Assembly (NCBI GenBank): GCA_012295275.1
Contig: CM022670.1
Span: forward strand, 23,064,001-23,128,000
Length of the DNA: 64,000 nt
Reading direction: 5' to 3'
DNA from: Chrysomallon squamiferum
Taxonomy: Eukaryota; Animalia; Mollusca
Shown: positions 14,323 to 28,322 of the stretch, piece after piece
Layout: every line of letters starts with the position of its first letter
Numbering within the stretch: position 1 is the first letter of the stretch
Notes under the pieces: model-generated
The model's input: only the letters and a program-made list of their open reading frames with translations
Database searches by the model: none
Told to the model about the DNA's origin: nothing
Position numbers and translations under genes: made by a program

Positions 14323-14588
14323 CCGCGGTTGGCGACCATTGGCCCGCGGGCTACATCCTTATTTAAATAATATTACATTAACTTTTCTTTAAACCTCCAG
14401 ACCAAGGCAGCCTTGCTTCCTAGCATCCGTTTTGGTTCTCAGTATTGAATACAGACTAGAGAGAGAGAGGTGTGTGTGTATGTGTGTGTGTATGTCTATA
14501 TATATATACATAATACATCTGATATCTTAGCCCTCCTCCAAAACACTGCATAGCTGGCCCCTTCTCTCCAAAAGGTTGCCGACGCTTG
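14323..14588. mobile_element. Non-autonomous hAT (Charlie-like) MITE
   Basis: The left end CCGCGGTTGGCGACCATTGGCCCGCGGGCTACATCC and right end AAAGGTTGCCGACGCTTG resemble Charlie/MER58-type termini. An 8-bp TSD with central TA flanks it: AAATAAAC (14315-14322) versus AAATAATC (14589-14596), 7/8 identical. Confidence 0.75.
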
Positions 14589-15062
14589 AAATAATCTGTC
14601 GAAAGAAAAGATTATTTTAAGCAAATAAAGGGAAGTAATCCTTACAGACTTATTACACTGAAGTTACAGTGAAGTTGTCTCGATGATTTTCATCCGAACA
14701 TTTTTTACTACTACTATTACTACTATTACTGCTGCTACTGCTACTACTATTTCTACTACTACTGTTATTATTATATTCAGTACGCAGGAAAAAAAAGTTT
14801 TTTTTAAAAATGTTTAATCGAGTTCGTAGATTTGCAATAGCACTTGATGTTATTTAATTTGTTTGTTAACTGAAATTCATTCACAGATATGAATACTGAT
14901 TAGATGATAAATGTTTCCGGCATTTCAGTGTTCATTCGTTTTTAATCTCGGACTGTAGGAAAGTGCATACAAATTACCCCTATCTGCGATTTAACAACTG
15001 TATGTCATTACGTGGCGGTAGCAAGCTTCCTCTTTGATAACATTGTTCAGAAATATTGTCTG

Positions 15063-15101
<39 letters not shown>

Positions 15102-15540
15102 ATAAATAATATTCAGATATAGCAAATGAAAATTCATTCCATAGATTTTATTGCATACATTTTTATTTTTTGCGGTGTGATTGACGTATCATTGGTCTGT
15201 CTGACACGTGTAAAATGACATTACAGACTGAGATACAACTCTCTGTCTCTTTCTCGTTGTTGTTGTTGTTAGGGTAAGTATGTACATGCAGTGACTAATT
15301 ATAAAATCTTCTTATTAAAATCAGTGTGCAGTACAATACAAATATCATCTCATCCTGTTACTGTAATAGCTCTACCCACTACCATCCATCAGCAAGAAAA
15401 CCATAAATATTTAAATTGTGTTCTGAATTCTGTTCGAATTTAACAAGGCATACACGTACAAAAAGGAACAACAGACTGAGTTTACACACACCGCACCATA
15501 AAATAATTATGCATCAAATTATTCCATCTGAACATTTTAA

Positions 15541-15581
<41 letters not shown>

Positions 15582-16305
15582 GCACGCACGCACACAAAAA
15601 CAAATACAAACATAATTTATCCAGTTTGTTTCTGTTTCGTTCTTTTCTCAATAAAGTAACGTTAGCAGAAAACACACGCAGGCGCCTGGCGGGCAACAAG
15701 TTTAGTTGTGAAAACACGAACAGCAGGATTATCAATATCTTTACATCGCGACTTCTAACACCATCGAGTTGTCGGAACGTCAAAACGTACTTCATTACCG
15801 TATTACCAAGGCAACATGAATGGCGTGCGAAGAAGACCTCGGTGTTCCAGAAAGAAAAAAAAACGGTTATTAAACAGAGATCGAGAAAAGCGCTAGCGAT
15901 AGAGAGTGAGTGCGGTTTCCACTCACGGGACTTCGCGTAATTTCTCGTTATGAATAAAAAAAACACTGAAACAGGGCTGCAGCAGCGTAGATAAACCGAA
16001 CGAAGACGTTAATAACTAAATGAATTGACTAATTTTCCAGTTAACCCTTTAGTAAAATAACCTAATTTATTCCGACTCGCAATTATATCAGAACATGTTG
16101 TTTCCTTCTTTTAACTTAATGACATAGAAAGAAAATGCAGTGTTGGTGTTAGTTCTGATAACACACTGCATTTTGGCGGCGGTATTTGGCAGAATTGGTC
16201 GCTGCCGTCTGCTATAATTGTTAGTACATTCCTTTACATGTCAAGGCGCACCAGTCTTCGTATTTGATGCTTTACTGTTTTGTTTTTTGTTCTATTTTCT
16301 TCAAC

Positions 16306-16309
<4 letters not shown>

Positions 16310-16398
<89 letters not shown>
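16310..16398. repeat. (CT)n microsatellite
   Basis: Read directly from the sequence. Confidence 0.98.
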
Positions 16399-16401
<3 letters not shown>

Positions 16402-17062
16402 CAAATTTGGTCACTTCATAATGCAAAACCTAATGAGGGAACAACTATTTTTATTTTTTCAAAGTACAGCTGAACCGTTTGAGTGCAAAATGTTCATGTT
16501 AATAGTTATGAACCTTCTCAAATTTCAGTTCTTTTGTCTTCACAACAAGTTCACAGTAAAATCAGTCAGCCATTCGCAGTCCAGCCTCACTATCGATTAA
16601 TATAACACCAACGTCACTAAATCGTTTCATAAAATTACCCACTCGTTTTTGTTTATTTAACATCTTTTATTCATGTTTAAAAAGTCCAGTATTTTACATT
16701 CATATTCAGTTTGCGTCTGTAAGTGCCGCGCATGTTGTTTTTCTTGTGTTTTTTATCTTCCCTGAATCATCTCTATTTTCTAGATTTTTTTTCTACTTAC
16801 AAATACTGAATCGTTTTCCATAGATTTTTTTTTTTTTTAGAATAGTTAGAAATATTATTTATTTATTTATTTATGTATTTATGAATTTGTTATTGTTATA
16901 CTGTTGTTGTTTTTACATAACATTTATCTGAAACTTTAAACTGATATATGATGGCAGTAGTGATGGTACGTCTGCTGTTAATACCGAGTCTGCATCTTAG
17001 TATTTCATTTCTTTTAATTATCTTACACGCGGCTCAGTAACCACATAAGGATCATCACTATT

Positions 17063-17095
<33 letters not shown>

Positions 17096-19186
17096 CAAAT
17101 ATCTCAGTATACGAATTCAGACGTTATGACAGACTGTTTTGTTAAAACTTGCATATTACGGCTGATTTTTATTTTTATTTTATATTTGATTTCTTTTTTT
17201 CTGTGTTTGCAAGTATTGATTGTTCTTTTTTTCTTCTCCAGTTTTCTTGCAAAGGGTTTGGTTTATTTCTATTTGCGTTTTAGACCCTTGAGATTGGAGA
17301 GCATATTGCGCTGGTAATTTCTCTTACTGCCTGGGCTGTCTCTGGTGTTACATTCTCCGTCTTATTCCGTGTCGTCTCCTCAACCTTTTCTCTCCTCAGT
17401 GTTCTACAAGTCCCCGGAGATGACGCAAATCAGAAACACAAATGTCCACTGTTTCAGTGCTGGCTGACCGGACCTGGGTTAATGGTCGTCTGCGTTCTAA
17501 TTCCGAAAGAACTGGAGGAACTGAAAAATATTAATTTCAAAAAATATATATATTTTTAATGATTTTATCTCAAGGAAGTATGAATAGATATTAATTTTAA
17601 ATCAGTTTGCGTTGTTTTAGCTGATAACAGGAAATTATGCTACCTGAAGATAACAGTAATACAAAAGCTTTTGTGCAACAATAATAACAACAATCACCCC
17701 CAACAAAAAAAAACAACCCACAATCACTATACAAAATGCAGTAAAATTATTAAAATAAGACAAAGGAAAATAAAAAAACAAGAGATAAAAGAAGACAAAA
17801 CAATATTAAACAATAAGGAAAATATAATCTGCTTACATGCATCCGAATTTCAATTGTGTAGATATACGTATAGGAAAATTGATGTTTACGATATTACCGT
17901 CTGAAAAATTTGTAGAAAAGAAAATAATTTGTTTATTAATAATAATGATGATGATGATGATGGTGATGATGATGTTGATGATGATGATGATGATGATGAT
18001 GATGTCTGCTACATTTCATTTTAATCTACAGGAAAAGAACTAAATACATTTTACTGATTTTTGTAAAAACAAGAAGGAAGGAGTATTAAAACTGAGAGAC
18101 TTACAGTCACAATAAAAAAAAAAAAAAAAAAGTATAACTACACAGCCATGAATTTAAGCAGCGCAATTTGTACAGTTTTTACAGTTTGCTGGAATGCAGT
18201 TTTATGTGGATAGAGTTTCTTTGTTACCGTGTTTGTTGTATTGATAAAGACCACAGAATTAAGCTATCGCCGCAGTTCGTTGGACTGAAATTCTTGTAAA
18301 TCGATAGAACGAAGAAACAAATGTTATGCAATATTTGCGCTACACAGTTCTTAACAGCTTCGATCGATGGGCGGCAAAGTTTTGAAGATAGTCTCAAGCT
18401 GCAATTAATTTTCTCGGCTGACCAACGTTGGACAGAACTGAATAAACATCGACAGCTCAAAGAGTGGAAGAAAGAGAAAAACAAATTAATAAAGAAGACG
18501 GAGAAGCAGAAAAAAGAAAAAAAAAAAGACTCTCAGCCAGAAAGAATGAAAATTAATTAAATTAAATGAAATCAAATTAGAAAAAAATTGCCAAATATAA
18601 TAAATTTTTCATATGCAGTTCCATGCTTTATTATGACAAATCGTTTATTTATTTATTTATTCAGAAATCTTGAATTCGTTTTATATTTATGCTGCGTTAT
18701 ATATATAAACACACATACACACACACACACACACGAATTCATGTTATCGTTAGCATGGAATATGTGTAAATTTGTTAGTAACAACAACAAAAACAATTCA
18801 TCTGCAAAGACAAGACTAATAATGATAGTTTTTAAAATTATAAAACAAATTGCATCATATTATTAAAATAATAATAATACAAAATTCCCAGATAATAATG
18901 CAAAGATTATATTTAGGCTCGTTCGTTGTCTGTGAGAAAAAGGGGTATAATTATCATGCCAGTGAAAGAGGTGGATAATTAGGTGGGTAGTGGAGTCAGT
19001 AATTGTAGAGAAAAAGACAGATGGGTATACTGGGTTATTATAAACATCAATGTTACTACACGGTAATCTGGAAAACAGTCATTTGGAAAATAATAATTCT
19101 TTAATTTTTGACAAAACGTGGCCTCAGCTTTTCACTGAAATAATTGCTGTGGAGTGTAAGTAGATCATTTTCAGATACAAATTGTT

Positions 19187-19302
<116 letters not shown>

Positions 19303-19584
19303 AGTGTAAATATTATTTATCTAAGTTTTTTCTTTCACACTGTGTTTCTGTGAGTAATCTAGTATGAGAACAGCTGAAGTAAACAACAGTCAATGATGAT
19401 TAAACTGAAAAAATGTTACTCTCGAGACCCTTTGAGTGAAAGCCCTATCACGAACACATACATAATATATATTCTTATATAACAGTAAATAATAATAAAC
19501 GTGTATTCACACAATTGCATACACTAACGCATGCACGTATCCATACAAGAAAGTACATTACATGTACTTATATGCATTAATTCG

Positions 19585-19872
19585 TGCATACACTAATACA
19601 CACTAATACACATGTATACATACACATATACATAAACATATACACACATGCACACGTTCTCATATGTATACAGGCACAGATCACACACACACATATACTT
19701 ACATACATATATTCATACGTTCATACATGCATATATTTCTACATACATACATACAAACATACATACGTATATACATACATACATACATACATACATACAT
19801 ACATACATACATACATACATACATACATACATACATACATACATACATACGTATATACACATATACACACAC
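19585..19872. repeat. (CATA)n microsatellite with a degenerate CA/TA-rich flank
   Basis: Read directly; the pure core spans about 19772-19850. Confidence 0.95.
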
Positions 19873-21808
19873 AGCTGAATAATCTATATTATTATGTAGA
19901 TTTGATGTGACCTAAAGTTAAGAGTCGAGTGTACTTCTGACTGGGGCTAATGACAGTTTATATCGATTAGTACAAAGAGAAGCGAGTTTTCAATCGACTA
20001 ATTACAAATATTTCATTGTCGATAACGGAATTAAAAGCGATCACATTAGTTTTAGCAATTTTCCTATAACCACTGGTAAGTATTTAAGTGCCACACCATG
20101 TGAAGATTATATATATTTTTTTTTAATGGACGTGTTTCGGAAAAAAAAAAAAAAAAAAAAATTCGCACTTTAACCCATTTCTAATGATTAGTTAACTTTG
20201 CGAGACTCATCAACAATCCAAACCCAGAATCAATATAAACGTACTTACATATCTCACGTGAGGCTGTATGTCGTTGTGAAGAATGTACTTGTGTTCGGCC
20301 ATGTTTCACGTTCAGACTGGCTCGGCGGTCTTCTTCGTGTGTTCAGGCGTCTCGATTCTGACTTTTTAATTTTATAACAAATTCGAGTATTGACCTGATT
20401 CTTCATTCCTATCCACCGTAAAAACAGAACGTCTGAAACTGACAGTGTACAGCGATTTAGTAAACCACTTTTATACATACCAAGGTAATCTCTTTTACTG
20501 TTCACGCTGAATCCTGGGCAGAACAAGTTATCTGCTCAGTAGAAGGATTCAAGAACTATTCTGCAGTAAGACCTCTTGTCTTTCACCGTCAGGACGTTCT
20601 TTAAATTCTTTAACCTTCGGAACGTAAGTCATGTAAAGAGAGTCTTGAGTCTTTCTTTCAGGGTTCATATTGGGCACGTATTTAGGTCATCAGATATTTG
20701 GAAAGGATTTAAGGACCTTTCTTTTTTTTCATTCTTTCTTTCTTTTTGTTTGGAAATACGTTCTCAAACCCTTCACTATGAAGGCATGTTTCTTTAATCC
20801 ATCTAACTTCCTTCTTTCATCAGAGCTTAAGTATTTTTGATAGCCCTTAAATCCAACTATCACAGAACATACACTCTAAAAACAGTCATTAAATTCTAAA
20901 ATTGGATTCTTTACATAATATCTAAAACTAGAAGACCAAATTTTTAGTTCTTCGTTGGAAGAATTGAAATATATTAATAAACTAATTTACAGAAGTAATT
21001 ATTATTTTTTTCAATTTCTTCGTTTTAACCGATACTTCATGTTAAGCTTCTTCATCTAAATGTAGATTATTCAAATATCATCATCATCAGCAACAGAAGC
21101 ATCACACCATAACTTTAAGAACCACTGAAATTCCTAAAGGAATCTAAAATTAGTTTTGATAGATTGATTACTAAACACACACGCACACACCATAAAATAT
21201 TTCTCGCTGCTAACTCTTAATGCATTTTTATTTCAAGTCTTAAGTCTAAACAAAACAATATGTGCGTACTGCAATGACACTTACCAACCTTTAATACATG
21301 TAGTGTTTATCAACATTTGCATTTACTTAACAGAAAAAGTTCAGACTGGCGCAGTTTAACACGAGTAACTGTTTAATAATTTATGAAGATGTTAATCGTT
21401 ATGGGTGTGCAAAATGTTGCCAAGAAATTAATACGATGATGGATACCTGTAGCTGTCAGTTTTGACGTTATTTATCGTAGAGGTTGTTTTAGTTTGTTTG
21501 TTGTTATTAATAGTGAATGACGCCCATTATTTTAACCCCTGAGTGCAGAAATAATGACCATCTTTCACTGACAATTATTTTGTTGTTACTCAGTTGTTTA
21601 TGAATGTACTTTGCCAAATGCTCCTTTTTTTTTTTTTTTTTTAATTTCTTCGTTTTAAGTCTGTTCTGATTGTTTTTGTAATAATTTGTTTTGTTGATTT
21701 TTCTTTTTTTATGATTATGATATTCAAGATTCATACTTGAATCTTCTGAGTGTGTTTGTGTGTGTGTGAATGTGACAGACAGATACACACAAAACACACA
21801 CACACAGT

Positions 21809-21814
<6 letters not shown>

Positions 21815-21887
<73 letters not shown>
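21815..21887. repeat. (GA)n microsatellite
   Basis: Read directly from the sequence. Confidence 0.98.
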
Positions 21888-21890
<3 letters not shown>

Positions 21891-22354
21891 AATATTTAGT
21901 GAGACATATAAACATATCTATTGCTGCGACTACTACTACTACCAATAGTTCAACTTCTACGACTTACGACTTATATGCTGTTAATAATAACAGTAAAAAA
22001 AAAAAAAAAAACTCAGACACACACACACGCAGCGAGAGAGAGACAGACTCGGAAGGTTTAGGAGATACTGGAGAAGTTAACACTAATTTAGATTGATTGT
22101 ATCATTACTACACACGAACACAACACCGGGTTCTCGCCACGGCTCTCTCTCTGACTGGAAGGCCACGCAAGTTTGCGTTTGTGTAATTGTGAGCTTCTTG
22201 GTCCCTCAGTGACGTCTTTGCTTAGTCCAGAACCAAAGGGTTCAGCGGGCGAGGGAGCTGCGTTTGAAAGGCTCGGTGGCAATAAACAAGGAAAACATGT
22301 CACTTGACAACACGCCAGCTGGTCCCGCTAAGTAAATTGATTTGTTTTTGTTGC

Positions 22355-22476
22355 ATGCAGTCAGAAACATTTGGATGTTTCAGAGCCCTCCACCTGGGAG
22401 CAATCAAAAAAGATTTTAATTTGAGCAACAACGCTCCACAAACACTCTCATTGTTTCTTTCCTGTGTCAGACTGGT
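22355..22476 (+). CDS. Putative upstream coding exon of Kv2 (speculative)
   Basis: ATG 22355 opens 40 codons (MQSETFGCFRALHLGAIKKDFNLSNNAPQTLSLFLSCVRL) plus 2 nt, followed by a GTGAGT donor at 22477. Phase 2 matches the acceptor TTTTTACCCAG| ending at 51090. It lies in a GC-richer island. Confidence 0.25.
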
Positions 22477-22479
22477 GTG

Positions 22480-22687
<208 letters not shown>

Positions 22688-24853
22688 ACGCACACGCGCA
22701 CACACACACACTAAAAATAAAAATAATAAAATACTATTTTGTTATCAGTTTTTACACAGTCATTTATACATCTAACAGAATGATTCATATCGTCTTATAT
22801 TTTGCCTCTAACAAAATCCGTATTCTCCACGACACGAGTTAATAATTTAGTATCTGATCGGTAAGATAATGACGGTAATGTTGAATTGCATGCCAAGAGT
22901 TTATCAATATATGAAATATAAATGAGTATCTGAATGTTGATGTAAGAACAACAAGTATGTCTACAGATATTTTTATAACGAGTGTGTAATTTTTTTAATT
23001 TTTTTTTTTTTTAATATTATTCTTGAAATATAAGCCGAAAACAAGATGCATTATTGTGAATATTTTAACCATTCTTTGACATTTTTTTACCGTTAATGGA
23101 CTCAGAAATGCATGTTTGAAAGTAAATCTTTGAAGAATTTAAGAATGTGTGTTTGGCTTCTGTATGAAAAGCAAAACATGCGTGACATGGTAGCTGAAGA
23201 GTTAACCGTGTTAAACGAACATTGATTAGTTCTCAATAGATGATCAATACGAGATGGTACTAATGGTACCTTTCTTCAGACTAACACACAACCATCTTGC
23301 TGTCGAGTAGGTAAGTACTATTTCCTTACATGCGTCGTGTTAATGTTTCTGTATCAATTCAGTTTGCCCCGACGTTTGTGTGCGTGTGTGCGTGTGTGTG
23401 TGCGTGTGTATTTGTGTGCGTGCGTGTGTGTTTGGGTGTGTGAGTGTTTGTGTGAGTGTGTGTGTGTATTTTCTTTTTTCTTTATCCTCTCTTTCATTCT
23501 TGTTACTGTCTTTTTTAATTATTATTATAATGTTTTTATTGTCTGGAAATCCCGCGAATAATAGTTTTAAATTTTCTTAAATATTTGTAAAACTTATTTT
23601 ATCATTGCAAAAAACAGTCATTTTATTAAAAAATGTTTTTGTGTTTACACATGAATGTCACATTCCATTAAAAAAATTTTGTTTTAAATATTTCAAAAAA
23701 AGAGAGAAGATTTTATTGTCTTTATTCTTTCCATAATGTTATTCGATCTTTCTAGAGGATTGTGTTTTGTTTTAACCTTGAATAAGATATTTGTCTAGTG
23801 CTTTAAAACCATATAAGTCGTAGTATACAACAAATAATACAAGAGGAAGGAAATTACTGTTTAAACAATGTAGATTACCCACTGATGACAACAAACATCT
23901 TCTGAAGATTTCAGTAATCGACAAACCGAAAACATTTTCCATAATGACTGATTCATGCGGAAAATAAAATAATATATAGTTTTTAAATTATAAATAAGAT
24001 GTTAATTAATTATAATAATTGACTAAAGGTAATGCTGATCTTAAATCATTCAGTATCTCTGTAGATATTCTGAATGTCAGAACTATGCCTACTTGTAATA
24101 AACAAAATGAGTGTTTTTATTAAATTGTTTTTAAACGCATACTGACATTCACTGCAAATTTTATCATTTAACTCCGTTATTGGGAACATGGTCTGTGTGT
24201 GCGTGCATGTGTGTATGTGTGCCTCTGCGTGTGTTGTTATTATTGCTACCGTTTGTTTTTCATAAGGTTGTATGTCTTTCTTAAATCATGATTCATGGTA
24301 ATATTCATATTCATAAAATTATGATTTACAAATATGCATACGCGGTTATGTTCGTGCACGTCTTATAACTCATATGCTTTTATTACATTCAATACATTTT
24401 TATTATTATTATTATTATTTTTTTTTTTTTTTTTTTTTTACATCACATATCATTCTCAATAACCACAGACGTTATTGAATTTAAAAAGAAAAATAGATCG
24501 ATCTTCTTTTACAGAGAGGCATGTCACTCGTGTGAACTTAGCCCGTTCTCGTACATATTGATCAAAATGTTTTACTGCTGTAGACAAAATTGCATTATAG
24601 CAATATTTCTCGCGCTGATGACAACCGGTCGTTAAAAGTGGGAGTCTGGGCGGGTTCGGCAGCAGAGGGACGCATCCGTGTACATTCCGCTGAAATGTCG
24701 ACAGACCATGTTATCGGTTTGATAACGTAATGTGTATAATTGCTAGATATGACGAACGATGTCATGTGCTTGTTTTATGTAATGTTGTATATTGTTTCCC
24801 ATTTTGCATTCGTCATTTGTACAAACTTTAGTTATTTATTTAGTTATTTTCCA

Positions 24854-24899
<46 letters not shown>

Positions 24900-25549
24900 G
24901 TTATTATCTCCAGCGATAACACGGCTGTCTTCAAAGGTATTATGTTATTGTCATGCTTTGTTATTAGCGTTGATTAGAAAAATAAATTCTTTAAAATATT
25001 TATTCAGTCACCTTGTCCAAATTAAACCCAGCTAAGTAAATAAATAAATAAATAAATAAATAAACAAACAAAAATAAACAAATATCACGTAGATCTGTCA
25101 AAGTGCATTGCGTTTCTACATGATTAACTTTCACTGTGTTTTAAACTGTCATACGATGTTTATTTAACACTTTTTTCTTCTGAAAAATACATTTCATCCA
25201 ATTTTTGTTTCCATCTAAGAATTAACGATGTTCTGGCGCACCATTAAACACGCACAGCTTTTATTTTCAAAAAATTCAAAATTTTTGCAGTATTCAGATT
25301 ATAATCTGCTGAAACACTCATTTTACAATCTGCGAAAAAATATATATGACGGATGAAATTCTTCCACGAGATGCGGAATCGGATGCTTGTCACGTGATGC
25401 ACTGTTTCTTCATAAGAGTTCTGTCAAAGTCATTGTTTGCACTGGTGATTAACTCTCGCTGATTAATACGAATGATAATAAAGTCTGCAATAGACTGTAA
25501 TTACAGTTGGTCTAAACTTGCAGTTTTTTCATTGCCGGTGAACGATATT

Positions 25550-25830
25550 ATTCTCAGGCCTCGCCTGCAGGTCGCGCGCGCGGGAAGGAGAAAGTAATGT
25601 CCCTTCCCGCGGGCCTGTTAATGAGATTGTCCATGCAGACCTCGTCGCTCACGCTACGACGACTCGGTGGGGAAACGCTTCACAAATATGATTATAGCGA
25701 GCCACGGTCAAGACTGAAATATGCAAATATTATTATCCTAACCGCATGTGCGACAGTTTGGTGCTGGCAACAGGACCGTGAACTGGCTGCGAGGCTCGGA
25801 TAGGTGGCGCTAACACTCGGTGTCATGTCA
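25550..25830. promoter_or_regulatory. GC/CpG-rich island with a strong hairpin and an octamer motif
   Basis: Perfect 10-bp stem CGCGGGAAGG (25579-88) / CCTTCCCGCG (25602-11), and ATGCAAAT at 25721-28. Confidence 0.35.
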
Positions 25831-27082
25831 GACGACTGATTCTGTGACTTAACAAGTAAAAAAAAAAAAAAAAACGTAAATTTTATTTAGTGAATCTTAA
25901 AGAAATAGTCATAATTGTCATTTCATCATCATCATCATCATCATCATCATGAGTATTATTGTTATTATTAATCAAAATTTATCTACTATTCTAACTTGTT
26001 TCAGATCTATTTAAGCTCTCAGTATAAGTGCACACACACATAAACATATATATATATATATATTTTTGTTTGCCTTAAAGTCAATGTCCCAATGATAATT
26101 CATACATTCAATTTACTAATGCTTAACTCAATTAAATATTTTTCAAAAATTTATATATATATATATATATATTTTTTTTTTTCCCGCCTGAACAATGAAG
26201 TAACAAAATGTTCAGTGTATCAACATATGAAATAAGATACTGAGATAGTTAAAAAAAAAAAAAAAAAAAAAAAAATCGAGATTTTCTAGAAATTAGCTTG
26301 TAGTGTGAGATGGACAACAACTGAGCTGCAAGGCTTGACCTTCGTTTAAGTGTTCACATAAATGGCGACCTCGTCTTTCGTTAAGATGGCTGTCAAGTGG
26401 CACGCACTTACGTTCCATGAAGGGCGATAATTCATCTTGGCAAGCCGCCAATAGCAAGATTGTATTGTGTTCAATGTTCTCGGATGAAAATTTCTCGGCT
26501 AAAGTTACGTGCAGGACTGGAAAAAAAAAAAAAAAAAAAAAAAAAAATCCACGACAGCGAGATAACAATGATGGTTCCATTATACAAATCAATAAAGTAA
26601 AAGAAAAGAAAAATCTATGATACAAATAATATTGTTTTACATTAAACAATAAGAATAACAAGATCGCCTGCAACAATAACAACATTGGCAACAACAATAA
26701 CAAGATTGGCAACAACAATAATAAGATCGACAAAAACAGCGAAAACAGTAGTTGTCTCTGAACATTTAATATTATTTTATAAATACTGGACTATATGTAA
26801 ATGGTCTGTCTCAGACTTCTTAGTTCTTTACATTCCTTGCCGCTGCATTTCCAGTGTTTCATGAAAGAAGGATATTTAATTCTGTAACGATGACTATCAT
26901 AGTATTCTGATTTATAAAAAAACAAATGAACAGTACGATTCATTTTGTCCCATCTTTGCACGTTTAAACTCGCTGCAAAATTTGGAATGTACTAAAACCA
27001 GAACTTTTACCACAGTCATCATTCCAAAATATATTATTTCGTTATCCATAATATTACTTTATTACCATATACATATATACAT

Positions 27083-27205
<123 letters not shown>

Positions 27206-27954
27206 AGTATCAAATAACTGGAAGCAAAATGGGAAAATTACAAAGAAATTATTTTACGTTTGTCTCAAAAACCAGGAAGATATCAGAGAAAAACCACTGC
27301 TAGATGCATTACATGTGTGGGTGACAGCTACAGTCATGTTTCATCTCCACTGAATGAAGCGGTGACGTAGAGTAATTTGAAAATAAATTGCCGCTGACAA
27401 ACTTAGAAAAAAAAGAATCTATTTTCGAACTGGGTTAATAGCTATTATCAAAAACACCCGTCTAAAACCTCATATGTCTTTATTCTCATTGGTCCCGCAG
27501 TTTAATGTACGAATCTGAATTCAATTACTGTGTTGTGATGTACTGCTGAAAATAAACGTACAGATATGTCATTAAAAACCATTAATAGCACAACATAAAT
27601 CACTGGTTTGGTTTCAGGGTAAGGGGTGGCCTTTAACTGTTAAAGAAAAAAGAAAAAGCAATTAGAACAGAATTATAATAGTATTTTTATAACTTTAATT
27701 TTTTTTTTTTTTTTTTTTTTTGTGAAAGAGACATTATATGTTCTTTCTTTTTATTGCGACTTTTCAATACGATGGACGCAATATACATACACATATCCAA
27801 GCAAGCAAGTATACTGGTGGGAAATAGCGTAATTAAGAAATGGTCTGTTGCATCACAACATTCCCCCAAATGAAATCCAAAGAAACAGCAGTATGTTCAT
27901 CAAAAGGATGACTCATTTACTGCGATTATATCCATTAAGAATAATTAATCTTTT

Positions 27955-28322
27955 CTCATATCTGTCAAAAATAACTCCTTTGCTACTACATGTATCATAT
28001 CTACCAGAAATCATTTCTTTGCTGTCGCCAAATCCGTCAAAAATAACTCCTTTGCTACTACATGTATCATATCTATCAGAAATCATTTCTTTGCTGTCGC
28101 CAAATCCGTCAAAAATAACTCCTTTGCTACTACGTGTATCAAATCTATCTGAAATCATTTCTTTGCTGTCGCCATATCCGTCAGAAATAATTCCTTTCCT
28201 ATCACCATATCCGTCAAAAATCATTACTTTGTTACTACAATACCGATCAAAAATCATTTCTTTGCTAAACCACCTTAATCGTCAAAAATCATTTCTTTAC
28301 AGTCACTGTATCCGCCAAAAAC
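27955..28322. repeat. 72-bp higher-order minisatellite (39+33-bp subunits), decaying into ~33-bp monomers
   Basis: C[T/C]GTCAAAAATAACTCC recurs at 27962, 28034 and 28106. Related CCGTCA[G/A]AAAT monomers follow at 28178, 28211 and beyond. Confidence 0.93.

Noticed and set aside
20254-20800. Microsatellite-free segment with ORFs on both strands as a possible exon or transposon
   Set aside because: No protein motif, TIR or convincing splice signals were recognised.
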